DNA from: Ascoidea asiatica JCM 7603
Taxonomy: Eukaryota > Fungi > Ascomycota
Length of the DNA stretch: 64,000 nt
Direction: 5' to 3'
Assembly: GCA_001600695.1 (NCBI GenBank)
Contig: BCKQ01000013.1
Location: 126,045 to 190,044, forward strand
Shown here: positions 11,015-21,492 of the stretch, piece by piece
How positions within the stretch are numbered: position 1 is the stretch's first letter
Layout: every line of letters begins with the position of its first letter
Translations under genes and position numbers: made by a program
Notes under the pieces: model-generated
What the model was told of the DNA's origin: nothing
Database searches by the model: none
What the model saw: only the letters and a program-made list of their open reading frames with translations

Positions 11015-13651
11015 TCAAATATAAGAAGATTTTAAACCAAATAATTTTAATAATTCTTTAGAAGATAATTTACCATCAATTAATTGTGCTTTAGAAAGTG
11101 CATCACCATCAGTAACTGCTTTTGCAAGAGATCTTTTTCTTTCTTGAAGTTCAACAATTTTAGTTTCAACAGTATCTTTAACAATTAATTGATAAATATC
11201 AACTGGTTTTGTTTGACCAAGTCTATAAACTCTATCAATTGCTTGATTTTCAACTTGAGGATTCCACCATGGATCAAATAAAATAACTTGAGATGCAATT
11301 GTTAAATTCAAACCAAGTGCACCACATTTTAATGAACATAATAATACAATTGTATTTGGATCAGTTTTTAATTTTTCTAAAGATTTATCTCTTTTTGCAC
11401 GAGGCATTGAACCATCATATCTTACATATTTAATTTTTTTTTCATTCATAGTTTTTTCTAAAATATCAAGCATTGAAGTAAATTGAGAAAATACAATTGT
11501 TTTTCTTCTTGAATTTTTATTTAAAATTTCAAGTAATTTTTTAACTTTTGCAGAATCTTCTATATTTTCAGGTTCTTCTTTTTTCAGATTTTCATTAACA
11601 TTTAAATCACCTAAAAGATCAGCTAATTCATCTAAATCATCATCATCTATTAATTTATTTGGTTTTAATTTACTTGGAGAAGAAAGAATATTGTTATTAT
11701 TATTATTATTATTGTTATTAGTTTTTGGAGTAATAAATTCTTCCATATCATTTTTATTAAATTCAAATAAAAGTTTCCAATGACAAGCAGCTTGTCTTAA
11801 TCTTAGTAAATAAACTAAAGCACAAGCATAATTAAAACCACCATCACCAAGATCTTTTTTATTTGATAACATTTTTAATTGTAAACTCATTTTAGAAAAA
11901 TTTTTAATATTTGCTTTAAATATATCATCAGAATTTTCATCATTATTATTTTCATTATCATTATCATTATCATTTTCATCTAAACCCATTTCATTTTTTA
12001 ATTTATTTAAAATTTGATTTTCTAAATTTTTATAAAGATTTTTTTCTTGTTTAGTAAATTCAATTTCAATTTTATGAAAATTTTTTTCAGGTAATTTAAA
12101 ACCATTTGATAAAGAACCATTTTCAGAATTATTTAAAATTGCTTTTGTTCTTCTAAGCATAATAATTTTAAGTTCATTTCTTAATAAATTTAGACCTTTT
12201 TTAGCTTGACCTTTTTTAATTAAATTTGAAATTAAATATTTCCAATTATCATTATCAGAATATTTACTTAATCTTAAGAATATAAATAAAGATTGTAATT
12301 CATCAATATTATTTTGAATTGGAGTACCTGTAAGACACCATCTTCTAATTGATTCTAAAGAATAACAAGCTAAACTTGTTTTTGATTTTGTATTTTTAAT
12401 TGTATGAGCTTCATCTAAGATTATTCTCCACCAAAAACCTTTAAATAAAGGAGAATCATTTTTTTTATTAAATTCAGAAACAATTGTTTGATAAGTTGTT
12501 ATTACAACATCATAATTTTTAAGATCTTTATAATTTGAAGTTCTTTTTGGGCCATGAAATACAATTGAAGTTAAATTTGAAGTTTTATTTTGAATTTCTT
12601 CATGCCATTGAGTTACTAAAGCTAAAGGAGCAACAACTAAAGTTGATTTAAACTTTCTCAAATGAGGTTTTTTATCTTGATTTTCCTCTTCTTCTTCTTC
12701 TTCTTCTTTTGAATCTGATTTTTTAATTGAATTTTTTAAATTTCTTAAATTATAATATTTTTCAATATCAGATTTATCTTTTACATCATTAAAAGGATTT
12801 TTAAGTATTAAAGCCATTGCTTGTATAGTTTTACCTAAACCCATATCATCACATAATAAACCACCTTTTTGATTAATATTATTAGTATTATTATTATTAT
12901 CATTATCATTATCAATAGAATCAGATTCTCTTTCAATTAAAAATTTTAAACCTAAAACTTGATGAGGTAATAAATTTACTTTTAAACCATTAATTTTAAA
13001 ATCTTTTGAATTTAAATTTTTAAATAAATTTTCATTATTATTAATTTCATCATCTAAACTAAAAAGTAAATTTTTTGCCATATCTTCATCATTTTTAAAT
13101 TTTTCTGGATTATCTAAAAAACCAGCACCTGATCTAAATTCAATATTTTTATTTAAAGCAGAATTTGGACCATTAAAAGGATCAATTTTTGAATATTTTG
13201 ACCATCTATCTTCAACTACAATTACATCTTTTGGATTATAACCTTTATCAGGTGGTGATAAAATTATTGTTGAATTTTTTAAAGATTTAAGTGTATGTTT
13301 TTTTTCCCAAAATTTATCATTTAAATAATGAGGTTCTACATTTTCTAAATTCTTATTATTTGTTATATTATTCTCATTATCATCTAAACCTAAATCAATT
13401 TTATTTGAAGGACCTAAAATTTTCTTTTTTTTAGTAGTCTTTGAACCAAGTGATGAAAGATTTTTCTTTAATAAAAAACTTGGAGTTTTCTTTTTTTCAT
13501 CTTTTGGTATAAATAAAGGTGATTTTTTCAAAGTTTCTTTAATTTCTTTAATTTCTTTATTTTTATTTTCATTTTTTTTAGATTCTGTTGATTTATCATT
13601 GATATTTAATGAATTGAACATATTTTCCAATGGATCTACTTCAGTTACCAT
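11015..13651 (-). CDS. SNF2-family DNA-dependent ATPase, Rad5/16-Uls1/Lodestar group, no RING finger
   Basis: LLPHQ, GGLLCDDMGLGKT (Walker A), WWRIILDEAH, RWCLTGTPIQN, LLRLRQAACH, IVFSQFT, GALGLNLT, DPWWNP and QAIDRVYRLGQ motifs. Confidence 0.92.
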   Translation of the reverse strand: MVTEVDPLENMFNSLNINDKSTESKKNENKNKEIKEIKETLKKSPLFIPKDEKKKTPSFLLKKNLSSLGSKTTKKKKILGPSNKIDLGLDDNENNITNNKNLENVEPHYLNDKFWEKKHTLKSLKNSTIILSPPDKGYNPKDVIVVEDRWSKYSKIDPFNGPNSALNKNIEFRSGAGFLDNPEKFKNDEDMAKNLLFSLDDEINNNENLFKNLNSKDFKINGLKVNLLPHQVLGLKFLIERESDSIDNDNDNNNNTNNINQKGGLLCDDMGLGKTIQAMALILKNPFNDVKDKSDIEKYYNLRNLKNSIKKSDSKEEEEEEEENQDKKPHLRKFKSTLVVAPLALVTQWHEEIQNKTSNLTSIVFHGPKRTSNYKDLKNYDVVITTYQTIVSEFNKKNDSPLFKGFWWRIILDEAHTIKNTKSKTSLACYSLESIRRWCLTGTPIQNNIDELQSLFIFLRLSKYSDNDNWKYLISNLIKKGQAKKGLNLLRNELKIIMLRRTKAILNNSENGSLSNGFKLPEKNFHKIEIEFTKQEKNLYKNLENQILNKLKNEMGLDENDNDNDNENNNDENSDDIFKANIKNFSKMSLQLKMLSNKKDLGDGGFNYACALVYLLRLRQAACHWKLLFEFNKNDMEEFITPKTNNNNNNNNNNILSSPSKLKPNKLIDDDDLDELADLLGDLNVNENLKKEEPENIEDSAKVKKLLEILNKNSRRKTIVFSQFTSMLDILEKTMNEKKIKYVRYDGSMPRAKRDKSLEKLKTDPNTIVLLCSLKCGALGLNLTIASQVILFDPWWNPQVENQAIDRVYRLGQTKPVDIYQLIVKDTVETKIVELQERKRSLAKAVTDGDALSKAQLIDGKLSSKELLKLFGLKSSYI

Positions 13652-13840
13652 TGTTGTAATTGAAATAATACTTTCTTTTGATTGATTAAAGGTCTTTGAA
13701 TAGTATATATATCCTGTATGAATTGAGTCTATGAATGAAGCAAAAGCAAAGAAATAATAAGAAATAATAAGAAAGAATTTGATTAAATTAAATATTGCAA
13801 ATATTGCAAATATTCTTCTGGATCAAAAATTGATGTTTTT

Positions 13841-14053
13841 TTGTTTACATCTTCAAAAAGTTTATTTTGGGCGTAAACAAAAAAAGAAACAGAAAAAACC
13901 AGAGCAACTGAACAAGCCGCAAACAAGCCACAAAAGCCACAAACATCAGCCGCTAACCAGCCTTAAATCACCAGCCAGTTTATATGCAGCTTTATGTAAA
14001 TTTCTGTATTTGAACGCGTCTTTTTTATTTTTTTTTTTAATTTTGAAATTTTT
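13841..14053. promoter_or_regulatory. Divergent promoter (SNF2 ATPase / NOC4) with forkhead, MSE-like, MCB and RRPE motifs
   Basis: TTGTTTAC 13841, GTAAACAA 13873, GCCRCAAA x3 at 13916/13927/13936, ACGCGT 14014, TGAAATTTTT 14044. Confidence 0.55.
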
Positions 14054-14204
14054 TTGTTTTTGAAGCACAGAAAAGAAAAAAAAAAAAAAGGTGAAAGAAA
14101 AGAGAAAAGAGAAGAAGAAGAGAAGAAGTAATTTGTGATTCAAGAACAGAGGTAGAATTATTATAGAAGAGAAGAGAAGAAGAAGAAGAAGAAGGAACTT
14201 AGCC

Positions 14205-16163
14205 ATGGGAGCAAAGAGAAGAGCATCGATTGTTGCTTCTGAGAACACTAATACTAAGAAATCTCAAATACAAGAGAAGAAGATAAAAGAAATACAGAAA
14301 ACAAATGAATTTGAATTATTAACAAAGGAAGAAATTAAACAATATCAAAAAGATATAATTAATTCACCAAAGAATTATAATAAAATAGTTAAATTGATTG
14401 AAAATTTAAAATATTTAAAAAAATTTTATATTAAAAATACATTTTTAAAATATGAATCAAAAGCAAGATTATTAAATTTAACAATTTATAAAATTTTTGA
14501 ATTTTTATTTAAACATAATAGTATTAAAAAATTAAATAATAATATTAATAATAAACTTATTAATAATAGTAAAAATTATTTTATTAAAGAAAAAAATGAA
14601 ACTGAAGAAGAATTAAAATCAAAAATTATATTAATAAATTGGTTATTTAAAAATTATGAAATTTTTAAAAAATTAATTTTAGAATTTATTAATGAAATTA
14701 AATTTGATAATGATTTAAATTTAGATCAAATTGATATTTATATGAAATTAATTAAATTAGAAAGTAAATATTTAAATCCACAATTTAATTCAAATTATAA
14801 AGATTTTAATCTTGAACCATTTTTCCCAAAAGAAAGTTATAAAAATTTATTATTTTCAATTTTTATTAAATCAAATAATGGTAATATTTTATCAGATGGT
14901 ACAAATGATAATATATCTTTACAATATTTTAATGATTCTTATTTAAGTAAATTTAAAGATTTAAAATTTTATTTTTTAAATGATTTTAAAGATTTATTAA
15001 ATCAAGATAATTATATTGGTAATAATAAATCTTTAAATGAAATTCATCAATTTTTATTTTCTAAATTTTTAACTGTAATGAGAGGTGATTTCTTTGATTT
15101 TCTTCAAGAAGATGACAATGATGATGATGATGAAGATGATGATGAAGATGACGAAGAAGATGAAGAAGAAGAGGAAGAGGAAACAAGAAAAGTTATAAAG
15201 AAGAATAAAATTACATTTTTCACAATTAATCCACCAATTAGTGTTAAAAAAAATTCATTATATTTAAGAAAATTTCAAGAAAATTGGCTTTATTCATTAT
15301 CATTTCCAAATTTATTAAAAAATCAATTAAAAACAACATTATTAATATTACATAAAAGAATTATACCATTTTTTACAAATCCAATAACATTAATGGATTT
15401 TTTAACAGATTCATTTAATATTGAAGATTATAATAATAATAATAATAATAATAATAAAGATGGTAGTGATAATTTAATAATACAAATATTATCATTAAAT
15501 GGATTATTTGAATTAATAAAAAATTATAATTTAGATTATCCAGATTTTTATTTTAAATTATATAAATTATTATTTAATCCATTAATATTATTAAATAATT
15601 ATAAATCAAGATTTTTTAGATTATTAGAAATTTTTTTAAATTCAACACATTTATCATCAAATTTAATTTCATCATTTATAAAAAAAATCTCAAGAATTTC
15701 ATTAAATTTAAATTCAAGTTCAATTGTTATAATTATACCATTTATTTATAATTTATTAAAAAAACATCCAAGTTGTATGATTTTAATTCATAATTTAAAA
15801 GAATTTAATAATAAATTATATTCAGATCCTTTTAAAAATTTAGAAATTAATCCATATAAAACTAAATCTAATTATTCATCATTATGGGAATTAGAAACTT
15901 TAATGACACATTATCATCCAAATATTGCAACATTAGCAAAAATATTTAACGAACCTTTTAGAAAAATGAATTATAATATGGAAGATTTCTTAGATTGGAG
16001 TTATCAAAGTTTATTAGATGCTGAAAAAAAGAGAAGATTTAAAAATGAAATTGGTTTAGAATATGATGAATTTGATCAAATTTTTGAATCAAAAGAGAAT
16101 GAAGATAATGAAGATAATGAAGCTGGTAATAAAACATATTATCTTGAAGGCTGGACTCTTTGA
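14205..16163 (+). CDS. NOC4: Nucleolar complex protein 4 (CBF/Mak21 domain; 40S biogenesis)
   Basis: LLILHKRIIPFF, LMDFLTDSF, NLDYPDFY, FLNSTHL, IPFIYNLLKKHPSCM, SSLWEL...HYHPNIATLAKIF and YNMEDFLDWSY. Confidence 0.95.
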   Translation: MGAKRRASIVASENTNTKKSQIQEKKIKEIQKTNEFELLTKEEIKQYQKDIINSPKNYNKIVKLIENLKYLKKFYIKNTFLKYESKARLLNLTIYKIFEFLFKHNSIKKLNNNINNKLINNSKNYFIKEKNETEEELKSKIILINWLFKNYEIFKKLILEFINEIKFDNDLNLDQIDIYMKLIKLESKYLNPQFNSNYKDFNLEPFFPKESYKNLLFSIFIKSNNGNILSDGTNDNISLQYFNDSYLSKFKDLKFYFLNDFKDLLNQDNYIGNNKSLNEIHQFLFSKFLTVMRGDFFDFLQEDDNDDDDEDDDEDDEEDEEEEEEETRKVIKKNKITFFTINPPISVKKNSLYLRKFQENWLYSLSFPNLLKNQLKTTLLILHKRIIPFFTNPITLMDFLTDSFNIEDYNNNNNNNNKDGSDNLIIQILSLNGLFELIKNYNLDYPDFYFKLYKLLFNPLILLNNYKSRFFRLLEIFLNSTHLSSNLISSFIKKISRISLNLNSSSIVIIIPFIYNLLKKHPSCMILIHNLKEFNNKLYSDPFKNLEINPYKTKSNYSSLWELETLMTHYHPNIATLAKIFNEPFRKMNYNMEDFLDWSYQSLLDAEKKRRFKNEIGLEYDEFDQIFESKENEDNEDNEAGNKTYYLEGWTL

Positions 16164-16213
16164 TTACTTCTTACTAGTTACTTTCTAGTTACTTCTCTTC
16201 TTAAATACTTTCC

Positions 16214-16257
16214 AAACATTGAATAAACATTGAATAAACATTGAATAAACATTGAAT
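16214..16257. repeat. (AAACATTGAAT)4 11-mer tandem repeat
   Basis: Four perfect copies. Confidence 0.9.
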
Positions 16258-16565
16258 AAATAAACATTTATCAACAACAAACAAATAAACAAAGCAGTAA
16301 ACAAACAAATATTTCATTATTTCAATTTGTAGTACAAAGAAGAAGACCCGTGGAATTGGATTCAAACCCGCACGAATTCCATTTTATTTTATTTTATTTT
16401 ATTTTATTTTATTTTGTTTTGTTTTGTTTTGTTTTATTTAAACAGTTGTTAAAAACAAGAACAGGAAAGATAAAAGCAATTGATAAAGAAGTGAAGAAGT
16501 GAAGAAGTGAAGAAGTAATGAAGTAATAATACATTTATGAAAGATAGGAGATAAGATATAGGAAA

Positions 16566-17669
16566 ATGACAGAATTAATAAGTAATTTAAATAATAATTA
16601 TAAAGAATACTTGGATATAATCTCAGATATTGAAAATGAGAATGAAAGGGATGTAGATAATAATAATAATAAAGATTCAATAGCATTTTTAAATACAATA
16701 ATTTGTGAAAGTATTGAAAAAGATATTGAATTTATAAGAAAAGAAAGTATAAAAAGTAATTCAAATTATTTAAAAATAAATGATATTAAAAAAAATAATA
16801 GAGATTCATTAATTATTAATGAATTTGAAAGAAAAAAAAGAAATAAGAATTATAATATTAATATTAATATTAATAGAAATTCAATTGGTTCTATAAATTC
16901 AATTGAAAATAATGATATAATTATTAATAATAATAATAATAATAATAATGGTAATAATAATACTACTATTGTTCATAATAATAATAATAATAATAATAAT
17001 AGTATAGGTAATATTGGAATTGATTTAGATAGTAATGATATAAGTAAATTAAGATTACCTAAAGAGAATATAAATAAATTATCTTATGAAATAGATAATA
17101 AGAAATTTGAGAATAATTTAATATTATTAGAAACCAAACAACAAGAAGAACAAGAACAAGAACAAGAACAAGAACAAGAACAAGAACAAAAAGATAAAGA
17201 TAAAGAAAATGGAATAGATGAAAATGAAGTTATGGAAGTGAAAGATAAAGAAAAAGAAGATAAAGATGAATTATCTATATTAAGAAAAAGATTATTAAAT
17301 AATTCCAATCATCATAAATATGATAACGAAGAAGGAGAAGAAGAAGGAGAAAATAATTTAGATAAAATTAATGAATATCATGATAATTTACAAAATACAA
17401 TTATAAATGAAATGATTGAATTTGTTGGAGATTTAAAAAAAAATATAAATAAATTTAATGATAATTTAAAAGAAGATAATGAAAAAATTATTAATAATAA
17501 TAAAATTATTAAAAATACTAAAAATAAATTATTAAATATTTCAAATAGATTAATTAAATTTAATAAAAGTGATAAAATTTCAATTTTTTTCACAATTAAA
17601 GTTATTTTAAGTATAATTATTGGTACAATTTTAATTTTTTTAATTATTACTATTTTTAGAAGATTTTAA
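16566..17669 (+). CDS. USE1: ER Qc-SNARE Use1/Slt1-like tail-anchored protein
   Basis: LRKRLL motif, then a SNARE-type coiled coil (HDNLQNTIINEMIEFVGDLKKN...FNDNLKED) and a C-terminal TM ending IFRRF. Confidence 0.72.
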   Translation: MTELISNLNNNYKEYLDIISDIENENERDVDNNNNKDSIAFLNTIICESIEKDIEFIRKESIKSNSNYLKINDIKKNNRDSLIINEFERKKRNKNYNINININRNSIGSINSIENNDIIINNNNNNNNGNNNTTIVHNNNNNNNNSIGNIGIDLDSNDISKLRLPKENINKLSYEIDNKKFENNLILLETKQQEEQEQEQEQEQEQEQKDKDKENGIDENEVMEVKDKEKEDKDELSILRKRLLNNSNHHKYDNEEGEEEGENNLDKINEYHDNLQNTIINEMIEFVGDLKKNINKFNDNLKEDNEKIINNNKIIKNTKNKLLNISNRLIKFNKSDKISIFFTIKVILSIIIGTILIFLIITIFRRF

Positions 17670-18010
17670 TTATTTTTTTAATAAATGATTTAATAAATGT
17701 ATTGCAATTTGATAATTTATTGATTTTTTAAGTAAAGAAATAAGTAAATTATTCGAAATCAATAAGTAAATATGCATAAATATAAATATAAATATATATA
17801 ATTACAAGATGAATAAAAGTTTTTCCAATCAATTATTCAAATATTTATCTACCATTCAATATACAGGTTAAACAATTTAAGTAAAATAATGAATAACCCA
17901 CCTTAAGAATGGAAATTATATATAATTATATATTATAAAATAATATATCTACGAAATAATGAATGAAAATTATAATGGTAATAAAAATAACTGAATTTAT
18001 TAATAAATAA

Positions 18011-18051
<41 letters not shown>

Positions 18052-18424
18052 GAATAATAAATAAACAACTAACAAATAAAAAATATAACCTTCAATTTTT
18101 TACAAAAGGGTCAGAAGTTTTTTCAAAGCGCAAATTGTAACAAGAAGTTTTGCACCTTGCGCCATCACCAAAACAAACCAGAATTTATAAATTAAGGAAT
18201 TGTCTGAATAAAGTGCAATTATTTCATCATATGTGTAAAAACTTGGAAGGTCATACTGAAAAAAAAGAAGAAGAAGAAGAAGAAGTAAAATATATTAAAA
18301 GAAAAGAAGGATTCGAGCTCTATTTATACTCCAGCAGAGAGAAGCCAAGAAGATTTAAAAAAGCCAACAGGGTAACAGTGACACTGCAATTATCACAATT
18401 CTTTTCAGGGATCAGAAATATACT

Positions 18425-18580
18425 TGAGACCATAAATAGGGAAGTCCTAGGTGAGACCAGGTGCAGGGTACTTCTTTACGAGACCATAAACATGGATCTC
18501 ATTTTATGAGACCAATAACATGGTAGCTGTTAATGAGACCAATATCATGGTACTTGTTGCAATGAAACCAATCACACGGG
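18425..18580 (+). repeat. Six degenerate 27-29-bp tandem units, consensus TGAGACCA-N4-CA(T/G)GG-N10-12
   Basis: GAGACCA at 18426, 18453, 18480, 18508 and 18535; GAAACCA at 18564. Confidence 0.9.
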
Positions 18581-19470
18581 TTTTCTTTTTCTATTTCTGT
18601 GATTACTCGATTGTTTACCCAATGCGGCAAAACATTCCACGTCAGAAGAACAATGATAAAACACACACACGAAGCAACGGGAGATATTGTTCGTGAACAA
18701 GATCAAGTGTTCGTTTGCTATTGACAGTGCACGAGATGTCTTTGAAGCTTCCAGGGTGTCGGAGCCGGATATGTTTGACCGATGTAGTTAAAGGTCTCAG
18801 TTTGACACATAAGAACTGTACACGAACAGAAACTGAGTTCTTATCGAACAAGTCCAATGTTTGCTAGTTGTTTACTCCCTGACCGACTGAGACAAGGAGC
18901 GTTGCACTTTCACCAGCACCAAACCCACCAAGAACAACAACCACAACCACAACAACTGCCTTAGCTTCTTCTTCTTCTTCTTCTTCTTCGTCTTCTGCTT
19001 CTTCTTCTCTTTATCAATGGATCTAAAATATACTACTTTTCTCTGCTTACTTTACTACTTTTACCCTTTCAAGTAATTTATTCAATCTATCACTCATATC
19101 TATCACTTACTCACTCAAATAACTTAAAACTATTCAATCATTCAATCATTCAATCATTCAATCAATCAATCAAATATAATAATATCAATAATAAATTGTA
19201 CTCATTTTTGTTTTGAATTATTAATTATTATTGGTTTATTCAAATTTATTTACTCCATATTCAATAATTTATATTTTATTCATTTATTCATTTATTTTTT
19301 TCAATTTTTTTACACTCATTTTTAAATTTAATTAATAATGATAATATCTTATTATCATTTAATATATTAATTATTTCAAAAAAAGAAGAGAAAAATAACT
19401 AATTAAATTTATATATTATATGAAAACATATAAGATAATATAATATAATATATGTTATTGATAAATAATA

Positions 19471-19516
19471 ATGAGTAATCAAAAAAGATCACTTTCAATA
19501 TCTTCTTTAAATAATG

Positions 19517-19549
<33 letters not shown>

Positions 19550-19939
19550 TGGCAAATACAAATACAAATACAAAAGATAATCAAGATAATCAAGATAATC
19601 AAGATAATAAAGAAAATAAAGAAAATAAAGAATCAAAAGATAATAAAGATAATAAAGACAATAATGATCCAAATCAACCAAGAAAAAAAAGACAATATAG
19701 TAGAGATGGTTGTAAAGAATGTAAAAGAAGAAAATTAAAATGTGATGAAGGTAAACCTGATTGTTGGCAATGTAAACATTTAAATAAAAAATGTATTTAT
19801 GAAAAATCAATAAAATTTAGTGATTCAAGAGCTTTTACTATAAATTCAAATACAAATAATTTAATTAATATAAATTCAAAAAAATTTAATTTAAACGCCA
19901 ATACAAATACCAATACTAATTCCAACATTAGCGCCAATG

Positions 19940-19975
<36 letters not shown>

Positions 19976-20532
19976 TTAATATTAATATTAATAATAATAA
20001 TAATAATAAATCTTTAACTTTAGGTTTACAAAATTTAAAGAAAAAAAATCCATTATTAATTAAAAAAAAATTAAATTCAAAATTAATTAAAAATTCATTA
20101 TCAAAAGTTTTAAATAAATCACTTTCATCTTCAAATTCATCTTCTAGTAATAATTCAATTTCATTAAAAAAATCAATTTCAAAATCAAATATAAAACAAT
20201 CAAAACAATCAATAAAACAATCAATAACCTCAAATATATCAAATAATATATCAAATGAAACATCTAATGAAATACCTAATGAAATACCTAATAAAATACC
20301 TAATGATATAACTAAAGATTTAAATAATCAATTAGAAAATCATTTAGAAAATTTAAATTCTTCACCATCTTCTTCTTCAACTTCTTTAGAAAAAAATTTA
20401 TTAAATAATGCAAATACTTTAACTGATAATTTAAATGATTTAATAAGTTCAGATATTAATAATTATATCTTTAATCTTAATCAATATTCTGATAATTATC
20501 CATCTCATTCAAATAACTTAACTAATAATAAT

Positions 20533-20563
<31 letters not shown>

Positions 20564-20944
20564 TTGATCCTTTAAATAATATTAATCCAATCACTAATAA
20601 CAACAATAATAACAACAATAATAATCATTTTAATTCAAATTTAAATCATTTTTCAAATAATAATCAAAATAATATTCAAAATACCAATAATAATCAATAT
20701 AATTTTAATAATCTGCAAAATATTAATTATAATCAAAATAATCATTATCAAAATAATAATATACAATCAAATTATAATAATCAATCAAATATAATTTATG
20801 ATAATCAAAATATTAATTCAAATATTAATTCAAATATTCAATCAAATATTAATTCAAATAATTTTAATCAAAATTTTAATAATTTTCCACATTCTTTCAA
20901 TTTTCAACATAATAATAACACTATTAATAATAATCAAATCAATC

Positions 20945-20986
<42 letters not shown>

Positions 20987-21453
20987 GTAATCCCCCAAAT
21001 ATATATAATCATTATCAACAACAAATTTCAGATATCAGAAATACTTCAAATTCAAATACTAATAACATTATCAATCCTTTAAATAAAAATCCTGTTCAAG
21101 ACAATAATCATAATAATCAAAATATTAATAATATAAATAATGAAAATATTAATCATAATAATCCAGGAATGAATTTTGAAATTGATGGTTTTTTAAAAGA
21201 ATTATTATTTTTACCTCCAATAAATAATTCTTCATTACCAATACAAAAATCAAATAATTCAAATAGTGAAGTAAATTCTATAATTGATAATGATTCTCCA
21301 TTTCCTGATTATAATAATTTAAATTTTGAATATATTATTAAAAGTGATGCAAATTTAACTTCAAATTTTAGTTTAAATAATTCTCCAAATATAAATTATT
21401 CTAAAACAAATTCTTCAATAAATACTTTTCCAAATAATAAAAATAATATTAAT

Positions 21454-21492
<39 letters not shown>

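Noticed and set aside
18425-18580. CRISPR array interpretation of the 27-bp repeat
   Set aside because: The context is eukaryotic with no cas genes. The constant part is only 8+5 nt and the period is far shorter than a repeat plus spacer.
18699-18712. AAGATCAAGTGT resembling U2 snRNA
   Set aside because: It lacks the following branch-recognition GTAGTA and the U2 5' stem.
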